Positions 1 to 12,700 of a stretch of DNA of 64,000 bases are shown in pieces. The position numbers and the translations under genes are program-made. The stretch comes from Ostreococcus lucimarinus (lineage: Eukaryota), in the NCBI GenBank assembly GCA_000092065.1, contig CP000600.1; one strand, 5' to 3'. Under the pieces are notes generated by a model that searched no databases, was not told where the DNA came from, and saw nothing but the letters and a program-made list of their open reading frames with translations. Position 1 is the first letter of the stretch. Every line of letters starts with the position of its first letter.

Positions 1-163
1 AACCCTAAACCCTAAACCCTAAACCCTAAACCCTAAACCCTAAACCCTAAACCCTAAACCCTAAACCCTAAACCCTAAACCCTAAACCCTAAACCCTAAA
101 CCCTAAACCCTAAACCCTAAACCCTAAACCCTAAACCCTAAACCCTAAACCCTAAACCCTAAA
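1..163. repeat. Telomeric repeat array (CCCTAAA)n, about 23 perfect copies (C-strand of TTTAGGG-type telomere); physical chromosome end
   Basis: Seen directly: perfect heptamer aaccctaaaccctaaa from base 1 to 163. The repeat type TTTAGGG is characteristic of plants/green algae and some other protists. Confidence 0.97.
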
Positions 164-205
164 CTCGAACCCTAGCCCTCCAAACCCTAGTTTACCCCGC
201 CCCGC
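164..205. repeat. Degenerate telomere-proximal repeats (ctcgaaccctagccctccaaaccctagttta)
   Basis: Imperfect CCCTA-containing units directly adjoining the perfect array. Confidence 0.7.
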
Positions 206-467
206 CTAACGTAGTCCTCAACCCAAAACCGGTATCACACATTTTCAAAAAAACCCAAACCGCGGCCTACGCCCGCGTCGACGTAAAGGTCCGGGTCGCC
301 GCCGGCACCCAGAGGTCCGCGAAACGCGCGCGTACACAGATGCAAATGCGTGTTTCATGCGTGTGCGCGAAATTCCAGCGTCGTCGACCGCCAGTGTAGT
401 GGTTCTGGTGACCCCTTTACTCGCGCAACTTTCAGGGCGCCAGAAGCGTCATGTTCCAGAGAAACTG

Positions 468-506
468 CTAACCCTAGTTTCTAACCCTAGTTTCTAACCC
501 TAGTTT
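468..506. repeat. Subtelomeric tandem 13-mer (CTAACCCTAGTTT)x3, telomere-variant-like
   Basis: Three exact tandem copies at 468-480, 481-493 and 494-506. They lie about 230 nt beyond the dynein stop codon, probably inside or next to its 3' UTR. Confidence 0.85.
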
Positions 507-737
507 CAGGGAGGCGGGTGCGGCGACGCGCGCTGGGAGACGACGCGGGGACGACGACGACGTGCGTGCGAGTAGCGCGAACGCTCGTTTTTTTCGTCTT
601 CTGTTGTCTTCACAAAGGAGCAAATCATTTTCTAAGTTTCTACGCTTTCGTTCAACAAGGTGTTGTCAGCGGTGTAATCTTGCGTGGCGGTGATTCGACC
701 ATCGTCGAGCGCGCGGGCCTTCCACGCTTCCCGCGAG

Positions 738-3700
738 TCAGTTCGACAGCGACAGCAGTAGAGCGGTGCCGCGCTTGATCCACTGCGATGGGTCGACGCC
801 GCCCGCATCTAGGTCGACCATCGTGACGAACGACGGGCGCTCGCGCGTCCCCGTCCTGCGACCGTACATATACAGCGGCGCTTGATACGTGACGTTCGAC
901 GCGGACGCTTTGTTCTTCCGCTCCGTAGGTTTGAAGTGCATCACGGGCATTTTGACGATGAGTTTCATGGTGTCCGGTTCACATAAGCACTTTTTCTCGT
1001 GATTCCAACCCGCACCTTCCAGGTAGAGATCTCGAACGTAGACGCCGTCCTCTGGCGATTGATCGCTGTCGCTTTCGTCGACGATTGAGAATGAAAACGA
1101 GAGCGCGTCGATGGCGATGCCGTCTCGTCGCGCCGTCATCTGGAGTACAGACGTCAGAAAGCACGTCGGATACGTAAATCCGCCCAACCAGTAAGTCTTG
1201 GGATACGTTCCGTGTCCCCACGCGGAGAGCTGTTCGACACGACAAATCAAGTCGAGCGTCCATGAAGTCAAAGGCTTGAGAGACGGATACGCCTTGAGAA
1301 ACGCAGCTGGGACTTTGTTTGCCGCCAACGCATCGTACACGTCATCCAGCTCGCTCGACATCAGAACCGTTCCATTTATGCCCTTGCGAAGTCGTTGCAA
1401 AGTGAGGGAAAGCGTACCCAGTAGCGCGTTGTAGCGCTCGATTTCTTGGAGCAAATTGACGTTGAGAGGGCTCATGTCTGTGCTTTTTTTCTGCGCGATC
1501 GCTCCGTAATCCAGCGGTTTGGGAATCGTCTCGAGCATTTCGCCGATAACTGCGAGCACGTTTGCCTCCATTTGGGCGGCGGCGCTGGAACTAGAACTCG
1601 CTGTCGAACCGCCGTCGCAGACTTGAAATTTAGCGCTCGCGCTAAGAATGGCTTCGCTTTCCGCAATCATGTAGGAGATGTCAGCGTTTGGATGCTGCCC
1701 AAAAGCGTCGGCTTGATCACTGAGCGGAAGTTTGTTCACAAACTCGCGATGATTTTTGAGTTCATTCGTATTCGACGGGATACAATACACTTTGCCGCTC
1801 GGGCCTTCGCACAATTCGTACGCCGCTTCCTCTCGCAATACGTCTTCGCAAAAGAATTGCAGCAGATACGCTTTAATCACGCGTCTATCGATTTCGTCGG
1901 TCACGCGTCCGCCGTAATTTGCTTCGCCGATTAAATATCGCAACGCATCCCAGGGTGTTTCTTCGTAGCCATCCAAATACGATTTAAGTAAATCGTCAGA
2001 GACGGAAAAATCCGTGTCGTTGAAATCGTACGGAATGTTTAAACCGAGAGTTCCGAACTTTCTACGCTCTAGCAACAGTGCATGGAAGAACGATAACGAA
2101 AACAACAATCGACCATATTTGGTTTTGTTCGCGCATTGCGCGAAAGATTCTTCCGAAACGCAAGTGCTATACAGTCGCGCTAAATTCGCGCGCAAACCTT
2201 TTGGCGGTTCCGTCGTCATTTTCAGACCGCGTTGGAGAATCGCCAGCGGGAACGCGGGAGTCGGATTTGAGGATAGCCAAAGTCTAAAGTTTTCGTGCGG
2301 AGCTTCGCTATCAAAGTCTTCGATGATTTCTTGAAGCTTTGGCAGCCATGAAATCATGAGGTGGCAGTTAGCGAGGAACACCCAGTGGCCTTCCTTTCTT
2401 CCGCGTTCGATGAGTTCGGTCGCAATCGAAGCTTGCCCCTGTCCGAGAGCGACGGTGAACAGCTTGTCGCTCATTCCTTTGCTAGTGGCCAATTGTCTCA
2501 AGTTTGCCACGGGATCGACGCCCGCACTCAAGACAAAGATACACGGAACCTCGCACGCTGAATCGAAATAAACTTCATTCAAGTTGAGCACCGGCGGATC
2601 GACGAATTTTGCGCCAAGATTATCCGCAACAAACTGTCTTATCGCGCTTTCCACACGGTCTAAGCGAAGCGCGCGCAAAATCAAAAGTTTTTGAAGTGCG
2701 CTGAGACTCTCACCCCACGCGCCAGGCAACGCTTGCGTCTCTGGCTTTGAATGTCGATACCAGACTCGCCACTCGTCCGCGTGCATTTCATTTATGGAAG
2801 TTGGAAGGTCTGAGAGAGCATCTTCAAACGCTCGAGCGAGCGCGACGACGTTCGACCACTGATCTGTACTCAACCACGCGCCCACTTCAGCGCGCATGAC
2901 CACTTCGTGTTTCTCGCGCACGCCACCGGCGCTTCCCCGCACGAAATATTGCCACTCAGCCGAAGGTATCGCTCCTTCTTCTGATTGAATGCGAACGCAC
3001 ATTTGTAAGCTGAGAAGAAGTTTATGCGACTCAAATAAGCCTCTGGAGGTGTACCTGTACACGGCGTATGTGTGATAATCGTTCAAGATGGCCAGTCTTT
3101 CGTTGACGTCGACGCTATCTTCGTCCGCGTTTTGCCGGCGCGACTTTGTGATCGACGCGTCGAACAAGCTCGTGTATGCATCCAAGCTAAACTGGTACAT
3201 TGGATCTATATCGGCCAGGTTGTATAACGTAAAGTACAGAATCGTCGCTCGCTTCGCCACAGGGGCGTAAGCCGCAGCTGCGTTCTCAATTTCCACTCCG
3301 GTGGTTTCGGCGACTTTTAGGCTCGCCGTGACTTCCTCACTTGTATTTTTTGAGCGCGTTAAAGAATCGATGAGCTCGATATTATCCAGCAAAGATCCAG
3401 AGGCTCTGCTTAGTAAATCCAAAATTAGGTCTTCGAGTTCACTGAGCTTCCGTTTACCCCGCGCAACCTTTACGACGAGTTCATTCTTTTGCGCGTCGAG
3501 CTCCGGCCTCTCGCGGCGAACGACTAAATCTCTTAGCTGTGCATTCAATCCTTGTTCCTTCACGGTGAAGTTGGTGACGGCGAGCTTGGTGCTCACTTCT
3601 GGCGTGTAGTGCGGATTCATCATTTTTGTCGTGAAATATAGTCGGAACTTTGGCGAGTAATCCAAATCTTTGTCGCCAAGTTTCACAGTTACCGAGCCGC

Positions 3701-6700
3701 CCTTTTTTATGAATACTTTCGCCACGATGTTTTCCAGAATCGGATCTATCGTTTCTTTCACATCCTGAATGAGCACAGGAACGCCGAACTGAATGCCGTG
3801 TTCAACTTGTCGCACCATATCAGGCGCGTGTAAAGTTGTGACGATTAAACCATTCGCCGACTCCATCGATTTGATCCATTTGTTTCCTTGCCCCTGCGGA
3901 TCGATGAGAAGCGGCCATCGATTACCGCGAGTGACGATGACGGCGTTCTCGGTGCTAAACGAATCGGCTGGTAAACCTTGAATATTCCAGTCTCGCACAT
4001 CGGAAGGATTCGCGAGAAAACTCGCAAAGTCAAACTCCAAGGTGCACGGAATCGCCATCTCCTTCAACATTGGCATCCAACAATCCGTCACGAGCGCCTT
4101 GCGATACTCTGATGGAAACGCCCCGGCGTAACTCATGAAAGCTGCGGCAATGCACACATCACCCGGAAGTCGCTCGATCTGCGACTCAAAGTCTTCAATC
4201 GATTTCACCCATCTCTTTTTCTCACCGGATAATCCATCGACTAACGCCTCGGCTCGTTCGAGTTTGAGCTCCAAATCTGCGAGTTCGTTTTCCAACGACG
4301 CCTTATTCGACGCAGACTTTTCGTAATTTTCCTTCAGCGCGGCGACTTTCGCCATCACTTCCGCCAAGTTAGCTTGTGTGAGCGCGAGTGCGTCCTGCTT
4401 GCCTTTGAGCTCGTCTTGTGCTTGCTTGAGCATTAATCTTTTTGGCGCAATTTCCCGCGCGACGTTTCCGTACGAGTACATGGCATGCACCCACTTGCAC
4501 AACCCCTTTGCGGCGTTGGAGACTTTCCCGATGACGTCAGGCTGATAATCGGGATTGTTCACAAACTTTGCGATCTTCGTCAGCAAGCTGTCGACGAGCG
4601 TGTCCTTGTCGAAGTTCAGCAATCGCTCCAAGAATCCAGAGTCGCCAAGCTGCTTCTTCGACTCATCCCATGTCGTCGGCCGCTTGAGTACGGTGAGCAC
4701 ACCCTTTAAGCACAGTTCCACTAGGGCTGGAGGTTTAACGTAAGACTTGAGTTCACCCATGTCCTTTTTCGTCAAAACGTTCAAAGCTGCCTCTGCTTCT
4801 TGGAGCGCAGGCAACGCCTCGTCAAGTTTTAGTTGGCACTCGTCGGCGATTGCATTCGCCTTCTTTGCCTCAACCTCTATGCGCTCCGCCTCCGCGCTCA
4901 CGCGCATACTTTGTTCGTCTGCTGCGCGTTTGTCTTGGACGATGACTTTAAGCAATTCTTCGCAGTCTTTCTTTGCCTGTGCGACGACTGCAGCCTTGTC
5001 CTTGCACACGCTCTGCATTTCACGAACTTGGACTTCTGTTTCCGCGAGCTTGGTCAAACCACCTCGAAGCTTTGTAATTTTCGCGTTGAACTCGCGCTTC
5101 TTTTCCACCATAAGTGCTCTAAAAAAGTTGACAAACTCGATGTAGTTCGTTGGCGTGACGTACATCTTGCGCTTAATCGCATTAAACATTTCATCCGCCG
5201 TCGAAACCGTCGATGCGTGAATCATTCCAAAAATTTTGCACAAGTCCGCTTTCACCTTCGCATTCACGTCGTCGTCTCGTAATTTCTTCATCGCGACTTC
5301 TTCCAACGCGTCAACGGGCCAATCTTTGAACCAATTAATCGTGCAGCAATTAACCAACCCCGGGAACATTCTCGTTCGCTCGCGAAACGCGTCTCCAATT
5401 GGCGACATGCACAAGACGATGTGAAGATTTTGCATCACTCGCTCCATGAAGAATGCGAAAAGCTCGTCGTGAGTCACCGCACGAATACTCTGTGCTTTTG
5501 CGATCTTGCGCATATCCTCGCAAATCGCGCTAATTTCATCCTTTGCAAATAAACCTGGTATTTCCCCAGACGTCAACGCGTTGTTCACGTCCTCCAGAAA
5601 AGTCTCTTTGACGATTTGCGTGTCATCCAACACGAACACCGTAGGCTTGCCGGCGACTCCTGTTTGACGATACAGTGATTTGAGATCTTCCCTGAATTCG
5701 AGCTGCTTGTAGTTCTTCGTGATCTCGATTGAAAATGATTTCATCTCGGCAACGTAAGCAGCGAGTCGAGCGAGCGATTTGCGACCGCTTCCACCAACGC
5801 CCACAAGCATCGCGTGTCCGCGAGGTTGAGTCAAGACACGGTGTATTCGACAAACGTGCATTATTGCGTCGTTGAAAAGTACGAGATCCATAGGCGCGTT
5901 GCCCGGTTCCAATCCGTAGTCTTCAAGCTTTTCTGTGAGAAACTCTTTCAAGGCCGGCGCGTCGACGACGGCTTCGTACGGCGGAACATCTAAACCTTGG
6001 CGCATGAATGATACGAATGGATGACATTCATTGAGTTTCTCGTCGACTTCACTCGCGACAGACGTCGTCGCACCCGTCGAGAGCACCTCATTCCACGAGA
6101 CTCCGAAGTGTAGTCGCATGTTGGTGTCGATTTGCCTCCTGAGCCACGACGAATCGTTGACATCCCAAAGACGATCACCAAAGACACGCAAGTTTTCGTG
6201 AATCCACAGTTGCAAGATGGACTCTTTCGAGTCGTAAAACTGTTTTGTAGCGCGAGTGACTCCTTGAATGACTTTTGCGAGATCGCGAGTGTTGAACAGA
6301 TAATGACTCTTCGTCGGAGTCGGGAGAAGTTCGCGAGCGAGGGAGTTGTACACCGCTATGGACGCCTTGGCAATAGTCGTGCCGATCGATGCGATCGATT
6401 GGTCGAACCCACCCTGCGTTTCCCCAAGAATTGTGCCATAAATACGCTCAAGCTGTGCGTCGGATGGATCCACCATGTTTAGAACCGCAAAAATGGATAG
6501 AACACGCTGCGAGAACGGATTTCTGCCGCCGCCCGGGGGCGCCATCGCCGCGAGAAGCTTCATATCACTGACGTGTGTTCGCTCTTGCTTCGATCGGTCA
6601 TACCAAAACCCATTGTCATGCCATAATTTTAGCAACTCGAGCGGAGGGATGAAACCAAACTCGCTCTTCTTCGGCATGTTCAAATCGTCAATTGCCAGGA

Positions 6701-9700
6701 TGAGCTTTCGACCGCCGGGAGGCGCGAGGCTTCCTTTTGAGCGCTTCTCAAGCTTACCTTCGATTGTTTCCTGAAGCGAATTTGAGCTCGTTTGTGCACT
6801 GAATGTTATTCTACTTCCAATGTATCCTTCTGGTAGCTCGGAAAGACAAGAGTCTACCACCATTGATTTACCCGCGCCGACGTTACCGACGATGAGAGTG
6901 TTCATGCCGGCTTTGAGAAGTAGCGTCGCTAGATGCTTTGTACGGACGGAATCGACGGTGGGAATCATGATCTTGAAGAACGGCGTGTTTTCGTGAGGTA
7001 AATGATAGGTAGGTATCTTCTCCACCCAAGGCACGAACGCACGGCGCTCCGCGTCGTAGTAAAAGTCGAAGACAGTTGTGTCCGTCGGCGCCGACGCCGG
7101 CGTGTGCGGGAACAGCTTCAAAGGCATTATACGGTGAAGCATTGCGTCGAAACGTAAGCGGCTTGCGTGATCAATTGACCCTCCTATCGACCAGACTATA
7201 CAAAACACAAAAATAGGCTCTACGTCCCCGACGCTCTGGATGTGGTGCGCATCGAACAACGTCGTAAACTGATGAATGCTCGCTAACTCATCCGTCGCCA
7301 CGGGCTCTCGACATTTTGAACGCTTGAACCCCAAAACTTCGTCCATGTACTTGTCCATGCAGTTAGACAGCGCGTCTTCTATGTCTACATCACTGCGATC
7401 TCTATTTTTTCGTTCACATCGCCAGCTCGCCACGTACGGCTGCCAACCAAGATCTTCGACGTTGAAATAAATCATTCCAGCTCTCGAGACCGTCGCTGGC
7501 GAAGCCTGCGACAGATCTTCGACTTCAAACAAAATTGAAACTTGCGGGCTCATCATGATTCGTTCGCCCGAAAGCAACGTTAAAAGTTTATTGTCGTCCA
7601 AGAGCGTATTCATACTTTCAATCCACAGCGTATCGACGGGCCCGTCCATGAGAATCCATTTCTGATTCGCCGATTCGTCTTTGCACACGTTTCGCATAAT
7701 TTTGGCCAAAACTCCGTCAGACCATTCGTGTGTTGCTTCATCGAATGACCCGTACAGTTCGTCGTTCGACAACGCGAGTGGGTTGATTGGATACACTTCG
7801 ACATTTTGGAAATCGCCTTGAACGCCGCTTTGTTTCAAGCGCGACATGGCCTTGATCAGAATTTCTCGCGCCCGAGTTTTGCCCGAGCCAGTTTTACCGA
7901 CAATCATGTTACCGTGTCGGGCCGATTTGCAATCGAAAATTTGCACAATCTTGGAAATCCATGCGTCCACTGGTTGCAAATTGTTCAGTCGGCACTCCTG
8001 GACGAGTGCCTCTCGCAGAGTAGCCGAGTCCTCATGCGGCGCGTTGACTTCAGGGAACAAGTCGTTGAGAAGAGCCTTGAATAGTGGAATATCAATGTAC
8101 ACGAGCTTTGGAATAATCAGGTCTCTCATCGCGTTGAATAAGATCAATTGTTCGTCGGCTTGCGGAGCTTGACGCTTCTTCGCGCCAGCGGCTCGAGATA
8201 TTGGAATGATGAAAGAACGCAAGGTGTAATCGTAGTGATCTTGCTTACTGAGCTGTTGCTGACTGAGCTCCATGATTGCAACCATTTTCTTGGCCAGCGG
8301 TTTCGCGTTTGTGAAGCCTTCGCTGAACATCATGATCTCGGCAATCAAACAAAAATCTGGAACCATCATTGACACTGGCCTCACGATTGCTTTGAGATTG
8401 TCGGGCAATTCGGCGCGACCGGCGTAGCCTGGATTCATGGTGACGAAGACACCGCATGACGGTATCAAGCGAATACGCTGACCTTCAAAATCGAACATCT
8501 TCAAGTTCTGCTTCACGGCGGCCATGACGACGCTAATTTGTGTCGCCACCACTGACAGTACCTCCACCGTGATACGGTTAAATTCGTCCAGACACGCCCA
8601 TGCGCCAGTTTGCGCGAGCCCACTAAACATCTTACCCGTCATCTTGTAGTCTACGCCATCCGAACAATTGAATACAATCACGTACCGCGCTAAAGCCTTG
8701 CCAAAATCTTTCACGGTTTCTGTTTTACCAGTTCCCGCCGGTCCGAGTGGGTTTCCGCCTCGACGCGTAAACATAGCGGCACCGAGCGTCATGTAGCAGC
8801 GATCGGTAAGTGGTGTCACAACCAGGCGGCCATTGTTACCTTGGTATTCATATCCATAGTCGAAAACACTGAGCACTTGCTTCACAGTGCAATGCCTCGT
8901 CTCGCGATCCCAATAAAATCGTAACTGTGACACCCACTCAAAATCGTTGGGAGAAGAGCATCCGGTCTTGATGAGTTTTTCTATCGCATCGCGCGCGTGT
9001 ACTTCGATAGTGATCAATGCCGTCACTTTCTTGCGAGTCACTTTGTCGAGTGGTGTGCGCGTAAGCTCAACAAGTTTATTCAAGTATTGAATCCATTTAC
9101 GCCGTAACTTTTTCAGCGCCTCCTTCACGTTCTCCGGATCTCGAAGCGCCCTCTCGCACTCCATCGTCCACGAAATGCAACCAGCGGTAATCAACATCTG
9201 TCCAGGATTGTCTTTCACCCATTTATCTTTTTTGATTCCCTTCGCGCGGCACTGCTCGAACGTGCTCGCCAAATGTGTCCTTGTTGCGGAGTACATCGCC
9301 GCCTCGACTGTGTTCAGCCATTCCTCCGGTCGGCCCTCGGTGCGGATAGGATTATCGAACGGGATCGTTTCGCCGTCAGGAGAAGTCATTGCGACAGATT
9401 CACAATGTCTTCGACCGGTCAAGGGATCGGGAGCGTACATCTCTAACTTTTTAATGCCCTCAAACATCCCCTTCAGATGTGGCTGGATGTTCTGCGGTTC
9501 CTTCGCTTGTCCCAAAATTTGCAGTAAATCGTCGTTGCTGAGGAAATAAAAGCGCGGAAACATCTGGCGCTTCGACTCAAGGTAATCATCGAGTGACTTT
9601 TGTATGCGCTCGAGATTCGAATCCATTGCGCTCAGCTCATTGAGAAGAGACACGTCTGGGGTGTCGCCAATGTCGGGCGCGCGCATCGCCGTGCACGCCA

Positions 9701-12700
9701 AAACGACGTTGCTCGTCTTGTGCATTTCTTGCATGAGCTTGATAAAACGCGTATTAATCGTGCCAAACATTTCCGTTTCACTAGGAAGCTGACGCGCGAT
9801 GTCTTCACTGCCAATAAAGATATTCTCCAAGTACATCCACGCTAGTTGAACTTTGAGCACCATCTCGACGACGTCATTTACTACACCGAGCGTCTTTTCC
9901 CACGACGTAATTGTGCGCTCAAAGACGGAGAAAAATTTGCTCGCTTTTAAAGTACTCAGAGTTACGGTATTGTCTTCCAATGCGGTAAATATATCATCTG
10001 CACTTCTCAACTTCATCACGTCGTCGCGCCCTTCCTTGAACGGACCGGTGTCGAGAACAACGTTTGTCCAGACGTCGGCGATGCCGCGCAGCGTATTCTC
10101 CACGGATAATTCCTTCGTAGCATCCGTGCTAATTTCGGAAATGGCTTCGGCGTAATGGTCCAAGCCAAGTTCAACGACTTTATCCAGAGTGAAACCTTCG
10201 CTTGTGGGATCGAATTGCTTGCCACATGCCTCCATGACGAGTTCCCAGTGTCGTCGACGAACCGCCGGATTACGCATGTCAACGATGAGCGGCATGATGC
10301 GCTTGAACGAATCAACCGTATCTTTCAAACTGATCCAAGTTCCCCACTCCTTGACCTTACCTCGCCCGAGCTTGGTGATTTGTTTGTACAAAAGAGTAGC
10401 GCCGTTTTCCATGGACTCGACATCTAGGTCATTAAATTTACCATCCTTCCAACCTTCGTACAAGTCGTTCCATTCTCGCACCACTCGCCAAACCATCTTG
10501 AGTTGTTCCAAGTCGGCTTTTAATTCTTCCATATCGACCAGTGTGGGTGGAGCGAGATCTTCAAATACAACCAAACCGTTCAGTATCACACGCAGTCGAT
10601 GATCAAACTGTTCGATGACCTCATCAACGCCCGCGATAAACTCCCACGACTTGTCGCACGCGCGTTTCGCGCACGCCGGGTGCGTCTGCATCGGCGCCAA
10701 ACGGTCGAATTTCACTTTATACTCTCTCGCATCTTTTTCGAGTTGCACGATTGATGTTCGCAGTTCATTCTGAAACACATCTTTTGTCGCATCGAGGCTT
10801 GACTCGATCTTCTCTAGCTGAAACTTGAACTCTTCAAACTTGTCATCGATGGACGCCAAGCGCTGAGATTCCGTCTCCGTGACGTCTACGAATTCGTTCA
10901 AAATACGAAAACTATCGCGCGGCTTGACGAATGATGCAGGAACAGAGTCAACGTTTGTTTGTAGTTGCTTGAGTTCGCTCACGTGCTTGACGAGCTCATT
11001 TATGTCACTCGGTGGCTGTTCGAAACGGGCGACACTCATTTCAAAGTATCTCATAACGTCGTCGATTTCAGTCGCCGCCTTGGCGCGTAATTCTGAAATC
11101 ATGCCTTGCACGTTATTCTGAGCTAAAGCCAAAAGACTTTGCTTGAGATATCCACATTCGATTCTGACGAACCCGATCACATGCGTGTGCTCTTCACTTC
11201 TGACGTCCTCCATCGACTCCTGCACGCGATGAATGCGGGCTTCAATCGCGCTGTTGTCGCTGACGTCGACGGCGTTTTCTCGCCACAAGTGGAAATAGCG
11301 CTCCTCCCAACGTGCGGCAAATCTCATCAAATCTTCGGCGATGTCTTTCACCGAGTTTGTGACACTCGATCTTACGCGCGAAATCATATCCCGGTTATCA
11401 CGCAGCAATCTATCTTGAATGGACTCGTTCAGCGGAGATATTTGAGGCACGGAGCCGTACGCATCGAGCGCGGCGTCGAAAACGGTGTTGATGGTTTCGC
11501 ACAATTGCGTGGTTTGCGGTGAAGTTTCGACTCGCATGGTGCCAACATCGCAGGATGAAAGGTTCATGCTCATCAGCACGACTGGTTTCAATGGAGCGCA
11601 GTCAGACTCCACTCGGCCCATCGTGAGATGCAAATGAGATAGCGTGCGCAACAAGACCTTGCGCAATGCACGAACGACGGCGTCTTCAATGTCCTTGATA
11701 TATGCGATCCACGCTTCACTGGCGGTGTCAACGTCACCGATGCTCTGTCGCTGATGTGAAGTGAGATGTAAGATAGTCGCACTTGTTTCTCCGAACTTCG
11801 AGCGAATATGAACGGTTTCCTGTTCGTAGATGTTCTTAAATTCGTCCAGCGGGTCGACGTGGTCACCTTCCCTGCGCCGTAATGAAACCGCCGAGAGTTC
11901 TTCGAGAATTTCAGTGATGCGCGCAGCCGATCCTCTAAACTTTTCCAAACTTTCACTCATAAACGAGCAGAGTTTGTCCGACTCTGCACAAAAAGCGTCG
12001 ATGGTGGAGATTTCGGAGCGCCATGTCAGCTCTTTTGACGCCGCGGCGAAAAGATTTTTCAAAATATCGACATTTGCGCGGAAAAGACGATTGACGTGCT
12101 TGTCGCGACCGATTTGCCGCAATAACGTGTTGTTCCTTTCGACGAGCGAACTCAATCGTTCGCACAACGCATCATGGGCACAGCGCATACCACCAAACGC
12201 GACTTCTTTGATATTGGCAGGTACTTCTCGAGACATGGATGCGAATCCTCGAGCATCCTCGCACGCAACGCCTACGTCGACGGCGTACGTGATGAACAAT
12301 AACCCATCATCGTCGGCGCGTAGCAAAGGCTGATCAAGGCGCTCTTCGACGTTCATTGCGTTCACATAAACGACCCATTCGTCGTATTTTTCGTTGATAA
12401 AGCGCTCTATTTGTGGAATGGTTAAATCGTACACGGCGAGCAAATCCACGGATTCGGGCAGTTGCGGTAGCGCACCCTCCGCGTGTGCCCTTCGTAACTC
12501 ACCGAAGTCGTTCTCGAGACGATGCAGCAATGTATTGGCCCAGTGCACGGCACCGAACGTTCGAGGCAAGCTCGATTCTATCGGAGGCTTCATCCGATTT
12601 GCGTCAAACTGTCGTTTGGCACACTGCAAATCCTCGGCAAACATAGAGTACGCGCGAGCGGCGCAAGATTCGACTGCGCGAACAACACCATCTCGACGTG

